Shown here: positions 47,118 through 57,710 of the stretch, one piece after another
Numbering within the stretch: position 1 is the first letter of the stretch
Layout: each line of letters opens with the position of its first letter
Sequence record: NC_100327.1
From: a phage
DNA length: 64,000 bases
Direction: 5' to 3' (one strand)
The notes under the pieces: generated by a model
Told to the model about the DNA's origin: nothing
The model's input: the letters and a program-made list of their open reading frames with translations, nothing else
The model's database searches: none
Made by a program: the position numbers and the translations under genes

Positions 47118-47145
47118 GGGAGGCTTGCGCCTCCCTTTTCCTTTT
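47118..47145 (+). terminator. rho-independent terminator
   Basis: gggaggc ttgc gcctccc hairpin followed by TTTTCCTTTT. Confidence 0.6.
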
Positions 47146-47154
47146 GGAGGCACT

Positions 47155-47973
47155 TTGAGCAAGAAAGAGTCCAACGACAAATATTACACAAACCCTGAGT
47201 ATGCAGAATATCTTGTTGGTAAAGTAAAAGATAAGTATGGAAATTGTGCATACGTTGAGCCTTCTGCTGGAAGGGGTTCTTTTTCAAAACTATTTTCAGA
47301 GATACTGTCTTACGATCTAGTACCAGATCCTGAATTTGAAGGACCAACACCGTGCATTCAGGCAAACTTCTTGGAGGTGCATCCCAAGGCAGATGTCTTC
47401 ATAGGTAACCCACCATTTGGCAAGAATTCATCTTTAGCTTGCAAATTCTTTAACCATTGTGCATCATTGCTAGAGCTTGGAGGGGCTATAGCCTTCATCT
47501 TGCCACGGACATTTGAAAAAATATTTTTTGCAAACAAACTGGACATGTCGATGCACCTTGTCTACAGTGAAAGGTGCCCTAAGAACTCGTTTCTACTTAA
47601 TGGCAAACCTTATGACGTGCCGTGTGTTTTCCAAATTTGGGAGAAAAAGGCGTGCAACAGGGATCCTGTAGAGATTGGGGAGAATAAGTTATTTTCTTTT
47701 AGCACTCCAGATGACTACGACTTCTGTGTAAGACGTGTTGGGTATAATGCTGGAAAAGTATTGGGGGAGGATGACCCAAAATCTGAAGAATCAACATATT
47801 TCATAAAATCTTTAGTTGACGGTGTTGACAGAGTGTTTGCTGAATGCTATTCTTCTTTTCAAGAAGAAGCAGGTAAGACTGCCGGAATGAAGAGTATAGG
47901 TAAGAAAGAACTACAATACATTTTGGAGACTAGGTATGATCAAAAGCATAGACTTGACCAAAGAACTTACTGA
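47155..47973 (+). CDS. DNA N6-adenine methyltransferase (NPPF catalytic motif)
   Basis: Motif I VEPSAGRGSF and motif IV IGNPPFG; start set at TTG 47155 after a GGAGG RBS (track start lies inside the terminator hairpin). Confidence 0.55.
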   Translation: MSKKESNDKYYTNPEYAEYLVGKVKDKYGNCAYVEPSAGRGSFSKLFSEILSYDLVPDPEFEGPTPCIQANFLEVHPKADVFIGNPPFGKNSSLACKFFNHCASLLELGGAIAFILPRTFEKIFFANKLDMSMHLVYSERCPKNSFLLNGKPYDVPCVFQIWEKKACNRDPVEIGENKLFSFSTPDDYDFCVRRVGYNAGKVLGEDDPKSEESTYFIKSLVDGVDRVFAECYSSFQEEAGKTAGMKSIGKKELQYILETRYDQKHRLDQRTY

Positions 47974-48394
47974 TGCAAAAGCTTTTGGTGAGACAGCGGT
48001 ACAAAGGGGGCAGGCGATGGGACTGGCACTACCTTTCGTATTAAAAGAGCACTTTACAGATTTTCAACTTATCAAGGGTGATAAGGGAATGCTTATCCTG
48101 GAGCATAAGTTGAGTAAGAAACGCTATAAAGTTGTTTTTAATTCTAAAGCTCCAACAAAACTGGGATTCAGAACTTACAATCTTAACCCATCCTACACTA
48201 AGGGTGTTGGAAGGGTAGAACAACAGCATTTCAGTGCCAGAGCTTCTTTAGCCCCTTTGATGCTAAATTTCTCAGGGGTGGCTTTAGGATACCTTGATAA
48301 GAAAAGAGTTCTTCATGTCCGTTTCACAGACTTTGTAACGCTTCTAGCCAACAACGAGGTTGATGAAAAGGGACGTGTAAAAACAAACTTCTAA
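47936..48394 (+). CDS. hypothetical protein
   Basis: 152-aa ORF. Confidence 0.3.
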   Translation: MIKSIDLTKELTDAKAFGETAVQRGQAMGLALPFVLKEHFTDFQLIKGDKGMLILEHKLSKKRYKVVFNSKAPTKLGFRTYNLNPSYTKGVGRVEQQHFSARASLAPLMLNFSGVALGYLDKKRVLHVRFTDFVTLLANNEVDEKGRVKTNF

Positions 48395-48409
48395 TAACGC
48401 ATAGTATGA

Positions 48410-48613
48410 TTGGAGAACGCAATGACACTAAAGTTAACAATTCCAGACAGCTTTTCAGAAGACTTTATCCCAGAAATGATGGGTAAGATGCGATCATTGC
48501 TTGATCAGATCGAGGAAGCTGTTTGGGAAGACGATGCTGTAGTGGCTAACGAGCTGGTAGATAAGTGTAAAAGTATTATTGATGCAGTTGAAGAATACCA
48601 CGGAGGTTTTTGA
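48410..48613 (+). CDS. hypothetical small acidic protein
   Basis: 67-aa ORF, coupled to the downstream kinase gene. Confidence 0.3.
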   Translation: MENAMTLKLTIPDSFSEDFIPEMMGKMRSLLDQIEEAVWEDDAVVANELVDKCKSIIDAVEEYHGGF

Positions 48614-49227
48614 TGGATATTATTGTTCTTAACGCCCCACCCAGCAGTGGTAAGGATCACATTGCAGATCTCTTGTTGGAAGCTATTCCTAACTCACACC
48701 ACCGTGAGGTTAAGGAGATGCTCTTCAGTGTGGCAATTAAGGCAGCTGGTGTAACTCCTCAACTCTGGAATGCACTTTATGACCGCCACTACAAAGAAGA
48801 GCCTTGCCCTTTCTTAATGATAGACGGCAAGCATGTTTCTCCGCGAGAATGGATGATCCATTGTAGTGAAAATCTGATTAAACCTATCTTTGGTGAAGAT
48901 GCTTTCGGTAAAGCCGCAGTCGCATCTTTGAAGAAAGATTTCCCTAAAGGTAAAGGGGTTGTTGTTTACTCCGATGGTGGATTCAAAGAGGAGCTGGCAT
49001 GCCTTAGCGAGTACGCGTACAGCACAGGTGGAGATCTGTTGTTGTTCCGTATTCACCGTGTCGGATATGACTGGGGAAATGATTCCAGAACCTATCTAAG
49101 TCTGGAAAAGAACGGAATAAAAGGAATTGAGTTCGATGTTGTAAACCCTGAAGGTGCACCTTGGGAATGTGCATCGGAGATTGTGTGCAAGTATATTGAT
49201 GCTAAAGAGGCCCAAGAAGAATGTTAA
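48610..49227 (+). CDS. deoxynucleoside monophosphate kinase-like P-loop kinase
   Basis: N-terminal P-loop VLNAPPSSGKD resembles phage dNMP kinases; nucleotide-metabolism context. Confidence 0.5.
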   Translation: MMDIIVLNAPPSSGKDHIADLLLEAIPNSHHREVKEMLFSVAIKAAGVTPQLWNALYDRHYKEEPCPFLMIDGKHVSPREWMIHCSENLIKPIFGEDAFGKAAVASLKKDFPKGKGVVVYSDGGFKEELACLSEYAYSTGGDLLLFRIHRVGYDWGNDSRTYLSLEKNGIKGIEFDVVNPEGAPWECASEIVCKYIDAKEAQEEC

Positions 49228-49814
49228 TCGGTATTGATGTAGATTTGACACTGGTAGATTCAGGAACAGCATGGTGGGAGTGGTTGGAGCGTTTATATGG
49301 TCCAGCCAGTAAGACAGTCACTAAACCTTCTAATGGGTTAATGTATTACGATCTGTCAAAGTATTGGCCTGATCGCCCCAAAGAAAACATCATAGGGCCT
49401 TTTGATTTCTGGAGTGACCCGTTCCTCTACGACTTTCTTAAGCCTGAAGAGGGGGCTATTGAGGTTATGAAAGATTTGGTGGCTCGTGGTCACAAGCTTG
49501 CATTTATCTCGGTATGCAAGAAAGGTCACCTTGCATCTAAATCAAGGTTCTTAAAGCGTTGGACTAGTGATTTTATGGATCTGGACGATCACACCCAGGG
49601 TCACGGCTTCTACGCCACGCATTTCAAGGGAAATGTGGCTGTAGATGTTATAATTGACGACAGGCATGAATACCTGAACCAATTCGCTTCACGCCCTGAA
49701 GTTATTAAAATCCTAAAAGATACGCCTTATGAGCAATTTGAGGAGTTAAAGGTCAGTGTTGACTATACCGCTAATAGCTGGTATAAAATAGGAAAGTTTT
49801 TAGAAGGTATTTGA
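49221..49814 (+). CDS. HAD-superfamily 5'(3')-nucleotidase-like phosphatase
   Basis: HAD motif I IDVDLT at the N-terminus; 197 aa. Confidence 0.45.
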   Translation: MLIGIDVDLTLVDSGTAWWEWLERLYGPASKTVTKPSNGLMYYDLSKYWPDRPKENIIGPFDFWSDPFLYDFLKPEEGAIEVMKDLVARGHKLAFISVCKKGHLASKSRFLKRWTSDFMDLDDHTQGHGFYATHFKGNVAVDVIIDDRHEYLNQFASRPEVIKILKDTPYEQFEELKVSVDYTANSWYKIGKFLEGI

Positions 49815-49815
49815 A

Positions 49816-50016
49816 ATGGGCAGATGTTCTAAAGGTGGCGATCCTGTAGTCAGATACGGTGACTGGCTAGAGGTGTATGATCTGGGAGGTAAGCTGGTGT
49901 ATGCCTCCAGGATCACCCAAGACATGTGCTCCGATATGTTCAACAGATACCTTGCATTTAAGGCCAACATAAACCCAGACGAAATTTCCAAAATTAAAAC
50001 AAGGAGAGCTAAATAA
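49816..50016 (+). CDS. hypothetical protein
   Basis: 66-aa ORF coupled to thyX. Confidence 0.3.
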   Translation: MGRCSKGGDPVVRYGDWLEVYDLGGKLVYASRITQDMCSDMFNRYLAFKANINPDEISKIKTRRAK

Positions 50017-50999
50017 TGCTAAAACTGTGCACTGCAAAGATCATTGCTGACAGCATTTCCGAGAAAGGTAAGCGCATCACCACTTTTGAGCTAGAGTATC
50101 CTCGAATTATTCACTCAGAGCTTATGACGCACCGAGTGTTCAGCCGAAACGCCATGTCTTCCCGTGCAGTGCCTGTCGGAAAGATGCTGCAACAGATTGT
50201 GGAGAATCCGGCAATGCCAGTTCGCTTCGGTGTAAATAAGCGAGGAATGGAAGATGGTGGGGAACACGATCAAAAGATCCGTGTAGAGTACACTGATATG
50301 GAGCTAACTCCGGAAGAGTTTTGGAAAGAAGCTGCAAAAAACGCCGCTTGGCATGCAGAGAAGTTTGCCCTTGCTGGTTACCATAAGCAAGTATGTAACC
50401 GCTTAGTGGAGCCTTTTCAGCGCATGAAAACAGTTGTAACAAGCACCGAGTGGAATAATTTTTTCCACCTCCGTTGCTGGCACGATGCGGATCCTACGAT
50501 TCAGATGTTAGCTAATTGTATGTGGGAGGCTCTTGTGAATAGCACTCCTGAAATCCTTAAACCGGGTCAATGGCACACTCCATATGTAGAGCACGTTTAT
50601 TTGGACGGGGAGTTTAACTACGCTGTACGTGACACAGAAGGAAAGCTCTGCATTCTCGATACTAAAGAAGCTCTGTCTATCAGTGCTAGTTGCTGTGCAC
50701 AAGTATCTTATCGAAATATTGACAGCACGTTTGAAAAGGCAGACAGTGTGGCTAAAAAATTGATTGGTGGGGATCGTATTCATGCAAGCCCTTACGAGCA
50801 CCAGGCAACACCTATGGATCACGATAACGCAATGGAACGTTTAAACTACTACCTGTCTTCATGTGAAATCACACAAGACATCAGTACTTGGCAGGAAGGT
50901 GTAACCCATCAAGACCGTGATGGTAAATTCTGGTCTGCCAACTTTTGTGGGTGGGTTCAGCACAGACAACTGCTTAATAACCACTTCGTGAAAGGTTAA
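50016..50999 (+). CDS. thyX: flavin-dependent thymidylate synthase ThyX
   Basis: ThyX signature RHRx7S (HRVFSRNAMSSRA); 327 aa. Confidence 0.8.
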   Translation: MLKLCTAKIIADSISEKGKRITTFELEYPRIIHSELMTHRVFSRNAMSSRAVPVGKMLQQIVENPAMPVRFGVNKRGMEDGGEHDQKIRVEYTDMELTPEEFWKEAAKNAAWHAEKFALAGYHKQVCNRLVEPFQRMKTVVTSTEWNNFFHLRCWHDADPTIQMLANCMWEALVNSTPEILKPGQWHTPYVEHVYLDGEFNYAVRDTEGKLCILDTKEALSISASCCAQVSYRNIDSTFEKADSVAKKLIGGDRIHASPYEHQATPMDHDNAMERLNYYLSSCEITQDISTWQEGVTHQDRDGKFWSANFCGWVQHRQLLNNHFVKG

Positions 51000-51000
51000 T

Positions 51001-51027
51001 CCTATCACAGCGATAGGTAACTTTTGT
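51001..51027 (+). terminator. terminator-like hairpin after thyX
   Basis: cctatc acagc gatagg hairpin followed by a T-rich run. Confidence 0.45.
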
Positions 51028-51028
51028 G

Positions 51029-51057
51029 TTGACTAATAGTATTAGATAATCTATAAT
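51029..51057 (+). promoter_or_regulatory. sigma70-like promoter candidate
   Basis: TTGACT (51029-51034), 17-nt spacer, TATAAT (51052-51057). Confidence 0.55.
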
Positions 51058-51058
51058 A

Positions 51059-51559
51059 ATGGCTCACTTTGTTGGTGAGCCAGAAATGGAGACAGATATG
51101 AGTAATGTTATGATTCCTAAAAAGACATTTATTTCAGTTACTTTGGATTTCCTATCTACCGTTCCCGGGTTTAACGTTCGCACACGAAACGGTCTCCGAG
51201 CTGCACTCTTTGCCGTAGGGTTTGATTTAAAAAGTATTGATGTTCTTCGTGGAAAAAACGTTCGATGCAAAAATAAGCCAACACATTATCGAAAGGCAGA
51301 TGTATTTGCTGGTGTCATGCGTGCAGACTTTAGATACCCGCAAATGTATAACGGTGTAGATATTTTAGATGTGGATAAAGCACCTGGTGAGGCAATGCTT
51401 GTTCAAGATCTTCCGTATGATATTCCTGTAGAGGATCGTGTTAATGTAAGAAAGTATACAAAACAATCTGAAAAGGCTGAAGATATTCATATTGTTGATG
51501 AACCTTTCAATTTTGAAGATCTGCATCGCCTGGAAAAATTATTCGGTATTGAAAGCTAA
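51059..51559 (+). CDS. hypothetical protein
   Basis: 166-aa ORF downstream of a promoter-like element; real start may be the internal Met near 51095. Confidence 0.3.
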   Translation: MAHFVGEPEMETDMSNVMIPKKTFISVTLDFLSTVPGFNVRTRNGLRAALFAVGFDLKSIDVLRGKNVRCKNKPTHYRKADVFAGVMRADFRYPQMYNGVDILDVDKAPGEAMLVQDLPYDIPVEDRVNVRKYTKQSEKAEDIHIVDEPFNFEDLHRLEKLFGIES

Positions 51560-51800
51560 GGTGGTGAAGATGAGTCATAACTCCAAGTGGAAGGATCTTG
51601 GTTTTGCAAGTCGGTCAGAGTATGTTGGTTGGCTTTGGTTCAACGGCCTGACAAACGATATTAAAATGTATGATGATGTTTATTATGACGAGTATACAGG
51701 CAAAATTATAAATATCTCTGTAGAAGAGGATACCTTTATCCAGCAAGATACTGATACCTGCCTTGATAAATACGTTGATGAAGTGGAGGAAGCAAATTGA
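51492..51800 (+). CDS. hypothetical protein
   Basis: 102-aa track ORF; likely start at MSHNSKWKD (~51570). Confidence 0.3.
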   Translation: MLMNLSILKICIAWKNYSVLKAKVVKMSHNSKWKDLGFASRSEYVGWLWFNGLTNDIKMYDDVYYDEYTGKIINISVEEDTFIQQDTDTCLDKYVDEVEEAN

Positions 51801-54112
51801 TCACCAAGGTAATTAAAAGCAACGGATGTGAAGTGGCATTCGATCCAGAACGTTTAAATAAGGCAGCTATTTTCGGTGACGACGGTAACGGCAATTGGTC
51901 ACATATTGCACTGGATGCATACAAACGACTGTATGATGGATGTACAACCAAAGAAGTTAACCAAGCTATCATAGACTCCTGTGTTAGCCGTAAAGACGAA
52001 GCACATTCCCGTATGGCTGGTCGTGTTCTTATTGGTCAGATTTATAAAGAGGCTTTTGGAGGGTTTACAAAGATCCCTTCCTTACCATCATTTTACAACG
52101 ACATGGTTGAGAAAGGGTATTGGGAGGATATGGGATATAGCTTTACCGAGCTAAACACTTTAGACGCTGTTATTGACCACAGTAAAGATCTCGGTTATGG
52201 CTATGCAGTCCTTAAACAGTTTCGCGACAAATACGGGATCAAGGATACTCTTAAAGACACCTTGTTTGAATCTCCCCAGATGATGTTTATGGGGATAGCA
52301 ATGGCTGTCATGAAGAATATGCCGAAAGAACGTCGTATCAACGATGTTGTAAAATTATACACTTATCTGTCCGACTTAAAGATCAATGCCCCGACACCGT
52401 ACTTAAACGGGCTGCGCACAGGTAAGACAGGGTATGCATCTTGTTGTGTAATAAAAGCTGACGATACAGCAAAATCTATTGGTGTGGCACGTGAAGTTGC
52501 GTACACAATGACGGTTAACCAAGCAGGTATCGGCTACTATTTATCATCAAGATCTGCAGGTGATGGTGTTCGCGGTAACACTATTAAACACATGGGTAAG
52601 ATTCCATATTATCGAGGTATTGATGCTGGTGTTAAGGAGAACAGACAACAATCACGTGGCGGTTCTGCAACAGTATCATTCCTTGCACTGGACCCGCAGA
52701 TTGATGAGCTAATCCGTTTGAGAAACCCTATGACTGTTGCTTCAAAAAGAATCAACACCATGGACTACTCCATCGGTATTAATAGGTCGTTTATCAACCG
52801 TGTGGCTAAGAATTTAGATTGGATGCTTGTTTCTTATAAGCACGCTCCTCAACTGCATGAGGGTATCTTCACCATGTCTATGGAGGAGTTCGATGCAGAG
52901 GTTGAGCGTATTGCTAAAGATGACAGTATTCCTAAGACATGGATCCGGGCTAGAGATCTTGCTGTTGAGCTGATCACGCAGCGTACTGAGGTGGGAAGGC
53001 TGTACGTATACTGGACAGATGAGATGAATAGACATACACCTTTTAAAGATGTGATCTATTCAAGCAACCTGTGTGCAGAAATAGCCCTCCCGACAAAAGG
53101 CTATTCAGATATGCGTAATATCTTCAAGTACGATGTTGATGATGGTGAGGTTGCATTGTGCTTCCTGTCATCTCTTGTAGCTGGAAGGGTTACCCCAGAG
53201 GAGTATGAGGATGTTGCATACTACACGGTGCTTATGATTGACAATGTTATGGAAATCATGACATATCCGTATGAAAACATGGAGAGTACTGTTAAAAAAC
53301 GCAGATCCATCGGGGTTGGCCTTACCAATGTTGCACATTTTATTGCCAGCCACAAGGTTACTTACGGATCTCCTGAAAGTAAACAGCTTGTTCACGATCT
53401 TGCAGAACTTCACAGCTACAGCTTGCATAAGGCAAGTTTACGGTTGGCAAAAGAGCGTGGTGTCTGCGAGTGGATGTATAAAACAAAATATCCAGAAGGT
53501 TGGTTACCAATCGACACTTATAACAAAGAGGTCGATAGTGTGGTGAAAGATCCTTCTCTTAAACAGGATTGGGAAGGGTTACGTAAAGAAATCATTGAAA
53601 ATGGTGGGCTACGTAATAGCGTTCTTGAAGCATATATGCCTAATGAAAGCTCTTCGCTGGCAACAAACACCACTAACGGGGTTTATCCTGTCCGTGAGCA
53701 CATTATCTTTAAAAAGTCGCCACAAGGGCAGGTGCTGTTTATCGTTCCTGAATACGATGAGTTGAAAGAGTATTACACTTCGGCTTGGGACGTTGATACT
53801 AACGACATGATCGATATGTATGCTGTGATTCAAAAATTCACAGGTCAGGCAATCAGCGCGGATTTATACATAGACTACACCAAGTTGAAAGATGGTAAAA
53901 TTTCAATGAAGGAGCAGCTAGGGTACCTTATCCGTGCCACTAAATTCGGGATGAAGACATGGTATTATTTAAACTCTAGGGTTGGTGCTGGTGACTCCTT
54001 GGCAGAGGAACTTCATGCCAAGAAACAGGCTGAAGATGAAACCAGAAAGAACTATCCTTTGATTGCAGATAGTTCAGTTGAAGATCCGTATTGCGAAAGC
54101 TGTGCACTATAA
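51797..54112 (+). CDS. nrdA: ribonucleotide reductase class I alpha subunit NrdA
   Basis: 771 aa; N-terminal ATP-cone-like region; active-site block SNLCAEIALP. Confidence 0.85.
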   Translation: MITKVIKSNGCEVAFDPERLNKAAIFGDDGNGNWSHIALDAYKRLYDGCTTKEVNQAIIDSCVSRKDEAHSRMAGRVLIGQIYKEAFGGFTKIPSLPSFYNDMVEKGYWEDMGYSFTELNTLDAVIDHSKDLGYGYAVLKQFRDKYGIKDTLKDTLFESPQMMFMGIAMAVMKNMPKERRINDVVKLYTYLSDLKINAPTPYLNGLRTGKTGYASCCVIKADDTAKSIGVAREVAYTMTVNQAGIGYYLSSRSAGDGVRGNTIKHMGKIPYYRGIDAGVKENRQQSRGGSATVSFLALDPQIDELIRLRNPMTVASKRINTMDYSIGINRSFINRVAKNLDWMLVSYKHAPQLHEGIFTMSMEEFDAEVERIAKDDSIPKTWIRARDLAVELITQRTEVGRLYVYWTDEMNRHTPFKDVIYSSNLCAEIALPTKGYSDMRNIFKYDVDDGEVALCFLSSLVAGRVTPEEYEDVAYYTVLMIDNVMEIMTYPYENMESTVKKRRSIGVGLTNVAHFIASHKVTYGSPESKQLVHDLAELHSYSLHKASLRLAKERGVCEWMYKTKYPEGWLPIDTYNKEVDSVVKDPSLKQDWEGLRKEIIENGGLRNSVLEAYMPNESSSLATNTTNGVYPVREHIIFKKSPQGQVLFIVPEYDELKEYYTSAWDVDTNDMIDMYAVIQKFTGQAISADLYIDYTKLKDGKISMKEQLGYLIRATKFGMKTWYYLNSRVGAGDSLAEELHAKKQAEDETRKNYPLIADSSVEDPYCESCAL

Positions 54113-54119
54113 TTTTAAA

Positions 54120-54138
54120 GGGGCTTCGGCCCCATTTT
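54120..54138 (+). terminator. intercistronic hairpin / attenuator between nrdA and nrdB
   Basis: ggggc ttcg gcccc hairpin followed by ATTTT. Confidence 0.45.
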
Positions 54139-54150
54139 AGAGGTAGAATA

Positions 54151-55239
54151 ATGGCTGTATTTAATGCTGAGAACACCGCTCATAAAACTGGTGACTATCC
54201 GCTGTTTCTGGGACAGCAAATGGGTATGTACGACTCTATCAACAAAAAATATCCACAACTGTTTGAACTATACAAAAAACAAAAAGAGCAAGATTGGGCA
54301 GAGGATGAAGTGGATTTGTCGCAATCTATTTCAGATTTTGTAACATGCTCAAAGTCAACTTATGACGTGATGGTGCAGACCTTGATGTGGCAATGGGAGG
54401 CTGATAGCGTTGCGGCAAGATCGATCATCTGCCTCTTTTCACCATTCATCACTAATAGTGAGCTTTTCACTCTATTGATGAAACAGTCAGAGATTGAAGT
54501 TCTTCACGCACTAACTTACTCAGAGATTGTTAGACAATGCCTCCCCAATGCCCGTGAGATTATAGAAGAGATTCAGGAAAACCAAAACGTTCTGAGCAGA
54601 TCTGGCGTTATTGTCAAATACATGCAAGAGCTTGAGGATATTGGTGCAAAATACCGACTGGATCCTTCTAGTGTTGAAGAAGATATTGTGCGGAAATGCA
54701 TTCTTAGAGCGCTTTTTGCACTTTTAGCCCTGGAAAGTATTGAGTTTATTGCAAGTTTTGCATGCACTTTCGCAGTAGCTGAACAGGGTATTTTTGTTCA
54801 GGTGGCGCAGCTTGTTCAAAAAATCATGCTTGACGAAATGCTACATTCGAAAGGTGATTTTGCCATCATTGATATCTTGCTTAACGATCCCGCATGGGAG
54901 AAAAGCTTCCTGGAGATAAAAGGGGAGTTAAAAGAGATTCTTGATGAAGTACGAACCAAAGAGTACGGTTGGAGTGACTATATTTTCAGCGAAGGAAGAG
55001 CGATTATAGGTCTTAACTCACCGTTGCTTAAAGAATGGGTTGACTATAACTGTTCACCGATTTATGATTACTACGACATCGACAAAGACTTTGTGCCGCC
55101 AACAAAGGACCCGCTACCGTTTATGCAGGTGTGGATGAAACCTTCATTGCAACAGACGGCGAACCAAGAAATGTCGAACACTGACTACCGCGTCAACACA
55201 ACTGTTAACGACGCTGAAGAAGAAATTTGGGAGTTTTAA
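54151..55239 (+). CDS. nrdB: ribonucleotide reductase class I beta subunit NrdB
   Basis: Start at ATG 54151 with GAGG RBS (track start is an upstream TTG); ~360 aa immediately after nrdA. Confidence 0.75.
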   Translation: MAVFNAENTAHKTGDYPLFLGQQMGMYDSINKKYPQLFELYKKQKEQDWAEDEVDLSQSISDFVTCSKSTYDVMVQTLMWQWEADSVAARSIICLFSPFITNSELFTLLMKQSEIEVLHALTYSEIVRQCLPNAREIIEEIQENQNVLSRSGVIVKYMQELEDIGAKYRLDPSSVEEDIVRKCILRALFALLALESIEFIASFACTFAVAEQGIFVQVAQLVQKIMLDEMLHSKGDFAIIDILLNDPAWEKSFLEIKGELKEILDEVRTKEYGWSDYIFSEGRAIIGLNSPLLKEWVDYNCSPIYDYYDIDKDFVPPTKDPLPFMQVWMKPSLQQTANQEMSNTDYRVNTTVNDAEEEIWEF

Positions 55240-55242
55240 TAT

Positions 55243-55521
55243 ATGAGCTGCGAAAAATCTTTTTTCATCATCATTTACGGTAAGGATAACTGCCCACATT
55301 GTGTCAGAGCAAAAGAATTTGCAATCAGCAAAGGTCTGCCTTTTGTATATAAGACACTTGGCGAGGGATACACAAAAGAAGAGCTTATTGAGAAGTGTAG
55401 TCCAATCGTCCCCAGAACGTTGCCGCAGATCTTCTTAGAAAGCGATCTTGACAGTATCCATATAGGCGGTGCCGACGATTTCATCTCTTTTGTTAAGAAT
55501 GGTTTTGGAGAGAAAAAGTGA
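55243..55521 (+). CDS. glutaredoxin (NrdH/Grx-like)
   Basis: 92 aa with CPHC active site (YGKDNCPHCVRAKEF). Confidence 0.7.
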   Translation: MSCEKSFFIIIYGKDNCPHCVRAKEFAISKGLPFVYKTLGEGYTKEELIEKCSPIVPRTLPQIFLESDLDSIHIGGADDFISFVKNGFGEKK

Positions 55522-57641
55522 AAGTTGTAAAACGGGACGGTAGAGAAGAGTTCTATAACGGAATTAAGGTGATCAAGGCGGCAGAGTCCGCCTTACTTGA
55601 GTCTGGACATACTGAAGAAGAAGCTTACCGGATCGCTTGTGCGGTTAATGAAGTTGTTGCTAACAATCTACCAACCGACCAGTGCACGATCTCTGTAAAA
55701 AATATCCATATCCTTGTTGAAGATGCTCTTATGGATATGGGTTTAAAATGTGCAGCCAGAGAATACATCCAGTATAGACAGACAAGAGATAATAACAGAG
55801 AGGCAGGTGGAAAACTGCTTGCAGATATTAGTGGCTTCTTGGATCGAACTTGTGATGAATTTACAAAAGAAAACGCAAATAAGCCTACCAATCATGTACA
55901 CACTCATCGTGACCTGCTTGCAGGCATCCTTAGCAAACACCTTGCATCAACACAGATCCTGCCAGACCGTGTCTCAGAAGAGCACAATAAAGGCTTCATC
56001 CATGTGCATGATCTTGACTACTTGATCAGTCCGTTAACAAACTGTTGTTTGGTAAATTATCCAGATATGTTGGAAAACGGATTCAACATTGGTAACGCCC
56101 ATGTCAGTAAGCCGAAGTCAATAGGGGTTGCAACAACAATCCTTAGCCAAATCTCTAGTGCGGTAGCTAGTGCTCAATATGGGGGTCAGACTATGAGCCA
56201 TATTGATCATTATCTGGCACAGTATGCTGAGGCGACTTATGAGAAGAACCTTAAATTTTGCCAGGAACATTGGTTGCCAGATGCTGAGACTGTTGCAATG
56301 CAGATGACAGATAAAGACGTATTTGACAGCATGCAGACTTTACTCTATCAAATCAATACGTTAACTTCTGTCAACGGGCAAACCCCATTCATCACATTAA
56401 GTTTAGGTCTGGACACCTCAGTCTTTGGTAGAATGATTACCAAAAACTACTTGAAAGTCCACAAAATGGGTCTTGGTGAAGAACGTATCACACCTGTGTT
56501 CCCTAAAGTGTTGTTCTTCCTAGAAGAGGGTGTCAACATGAACCCTGGAGATCCTAACTATGATTTGAAACGATTAGCTCTGGAATGCTCTGCAGAGCGG
56601 ATTTATCCTGACTTTGTTTCTGTTCCACTAAATCGTAAAGTGACAGGCTCGACAGATGGTAAAGTAACGAGCATGGGTTGCCGGAGTTTTCTTAGCAAAT
56701 ACAATGACTTGGAAACAGGCGAGGAGAAATACCTTGGCAGATTTAACTTAGGCGTTGTTAGCCTTAATCTGCCAATGATTGCGGCAAAAGCTAAAACGGA
56801 AGGTGTTGATTTCTTTGCAGTTCTTGACGAATACCTAGATCTTGCATACGAGGCTCACCTTGTAAGGGTTGATCGTCTAAAAGGGACAAAGGCAGGGCAG
56901 AACCCTATCATGTGGTGTGAAGGCGCTCTTGCTCGCCTGGGCCCTGAAGAGAGTATTGATAAACTCTTCTACGACGGGTACGCTTCCATCAGTATTGGGT
57001 ATATTGGTGTGTATGAAACCTGTCAGATTTTGGGCAGGGAGGGTGACAAGGCTTTAGCTCTTGGAATACTTCAGCACATGAGAGATGCTTGTGAGAGATA
57101 CAAGAAGGAAAGTAGACTAGCGTTTAGCTTGTACGGCACCCCTTCTGAGAGTCTATGCTATAAAGCTGCAACCTGTCTGGATCGTGAATATCCTGAAGTG
57201 TTGAAGCACGAGCATGAATATCTCACCAACAGTTTCCATCAGCCAGTATGGATCAATAGCTCTCCTTTTGATAAGTGGGAGTATGAGGAAGGTTTTGCTA
57301 TGATCTCCTCTGGTGGCAACATCGGATACGTAGAGACACCAAATCTGAAAAACAACTTAGATGCTTTGGAAGCTCTTGTTGATTTCGGATATAAACACAT
57401 TATGTATTTTGGTATCAACCAGCCTGTGGATAAATGTCTCAAGTGTGGTTTCTCTGGTGAGTTCAGTGCAACAGCTAAAGGCTTTGTATGCCCAGAGTGT
57501 GGAAACCATGAAGAGGGAACGATCAGCGTAATTCGACGTGTGTCTGGATACCTTTCCAGTCCTAACTCTCGTCCTTACAATAAAGGTAAGCAAGCGGAAG
57601 TTATCGAGCGAGTTAAGCACTACGGAAGTTGTGGTTGCTGA
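55518..57641 (+). CDS. nrdD: anaerobic ribonucleoside-triphosphate reductase NrdD
   Basis: 707 aa; C-terminal zinc ribbon (CLKCGF...CPECG) and glycyl-radical motif RRVSGY. Confidence 0.85.
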   Translation: MKVVKRDGREEFYNGIKVIKAAESALLESGHTEEEAYRIACAVNEVVANNLPTDQCTISVKNIHILVEDALMDMGLKCAAREYIQYRQTRDNNREAGGKLLADISGFLDRTCDEFTKENANKPTNHVHTHRDLLAGILSKHLASTQILPDRVSEEHNKGFIHVHDLDYLISPLTNCCLVNYPDMLENGFNIGNAHVSKPKSIGVATTILSQISSAVASAQYGGQTMSHIDHYLAQYAEATYEKNLKFCQEHWLPDAETVAMQMTDKDVFDSMQTLLYQINTLTSVNGQTPFITLSLGLDTSVFGRMITKNYLKVHKMGLGEERITPVFPKVLFFLEEGVNMNPGDPNYDLKRLALECSAERIYPDFVSVPLNRKVTGSTDGKVTSMGCRSFLSKYNDLETGEEKYLGRFNLGVVSLNLPMIAAKAKTEGVDFFAVLDEYLDLAYEAHLVRVDRLKGTKAGQNPIMWCEGALARLGPEESIDKLFYDGYASISIGYIGVYETCQILGREGDKALALGILQHMRDACERYKKESRLAFSLYGTPSESLCYKAATCLDREYPEVLKHEHEYLTNSFHQPVWINSSPFDKWEYEEGFAMISSGGNIGYVETPNLKNNLDALEALVDFGYKHIMYFGINQPVDKCLKCGFSGEFSATAKGFVCPECGNHEEGTISVIRRVSGYLSSPNSRPYNKGKQAEVIERVKHYGSCGC

Positions 57642-57710
57642 TACTTGACAAAAGCCACAAGGATGTGGCATATTATTGACACACAGTGAGCTAGGAGTAG
57701 GAGGTGCAGT

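Noticed and set aside
47125-47154. Track start (TTG 47125) of the N6-adenine methyltransferase.
   Set aside because: Those codons lie inside the upstream terminator hairpin and U-tract; a TTG at 47155 preceded by GGAGG is a more plausible start.
57645-57676. TTGACA ... TATTAT element upstream of the Cys-rich micro-ORF as a promoter.
   Set aside because: The spacer is 20 nt, outside the usual 16-18 nt range; not listed as a promoter feature.
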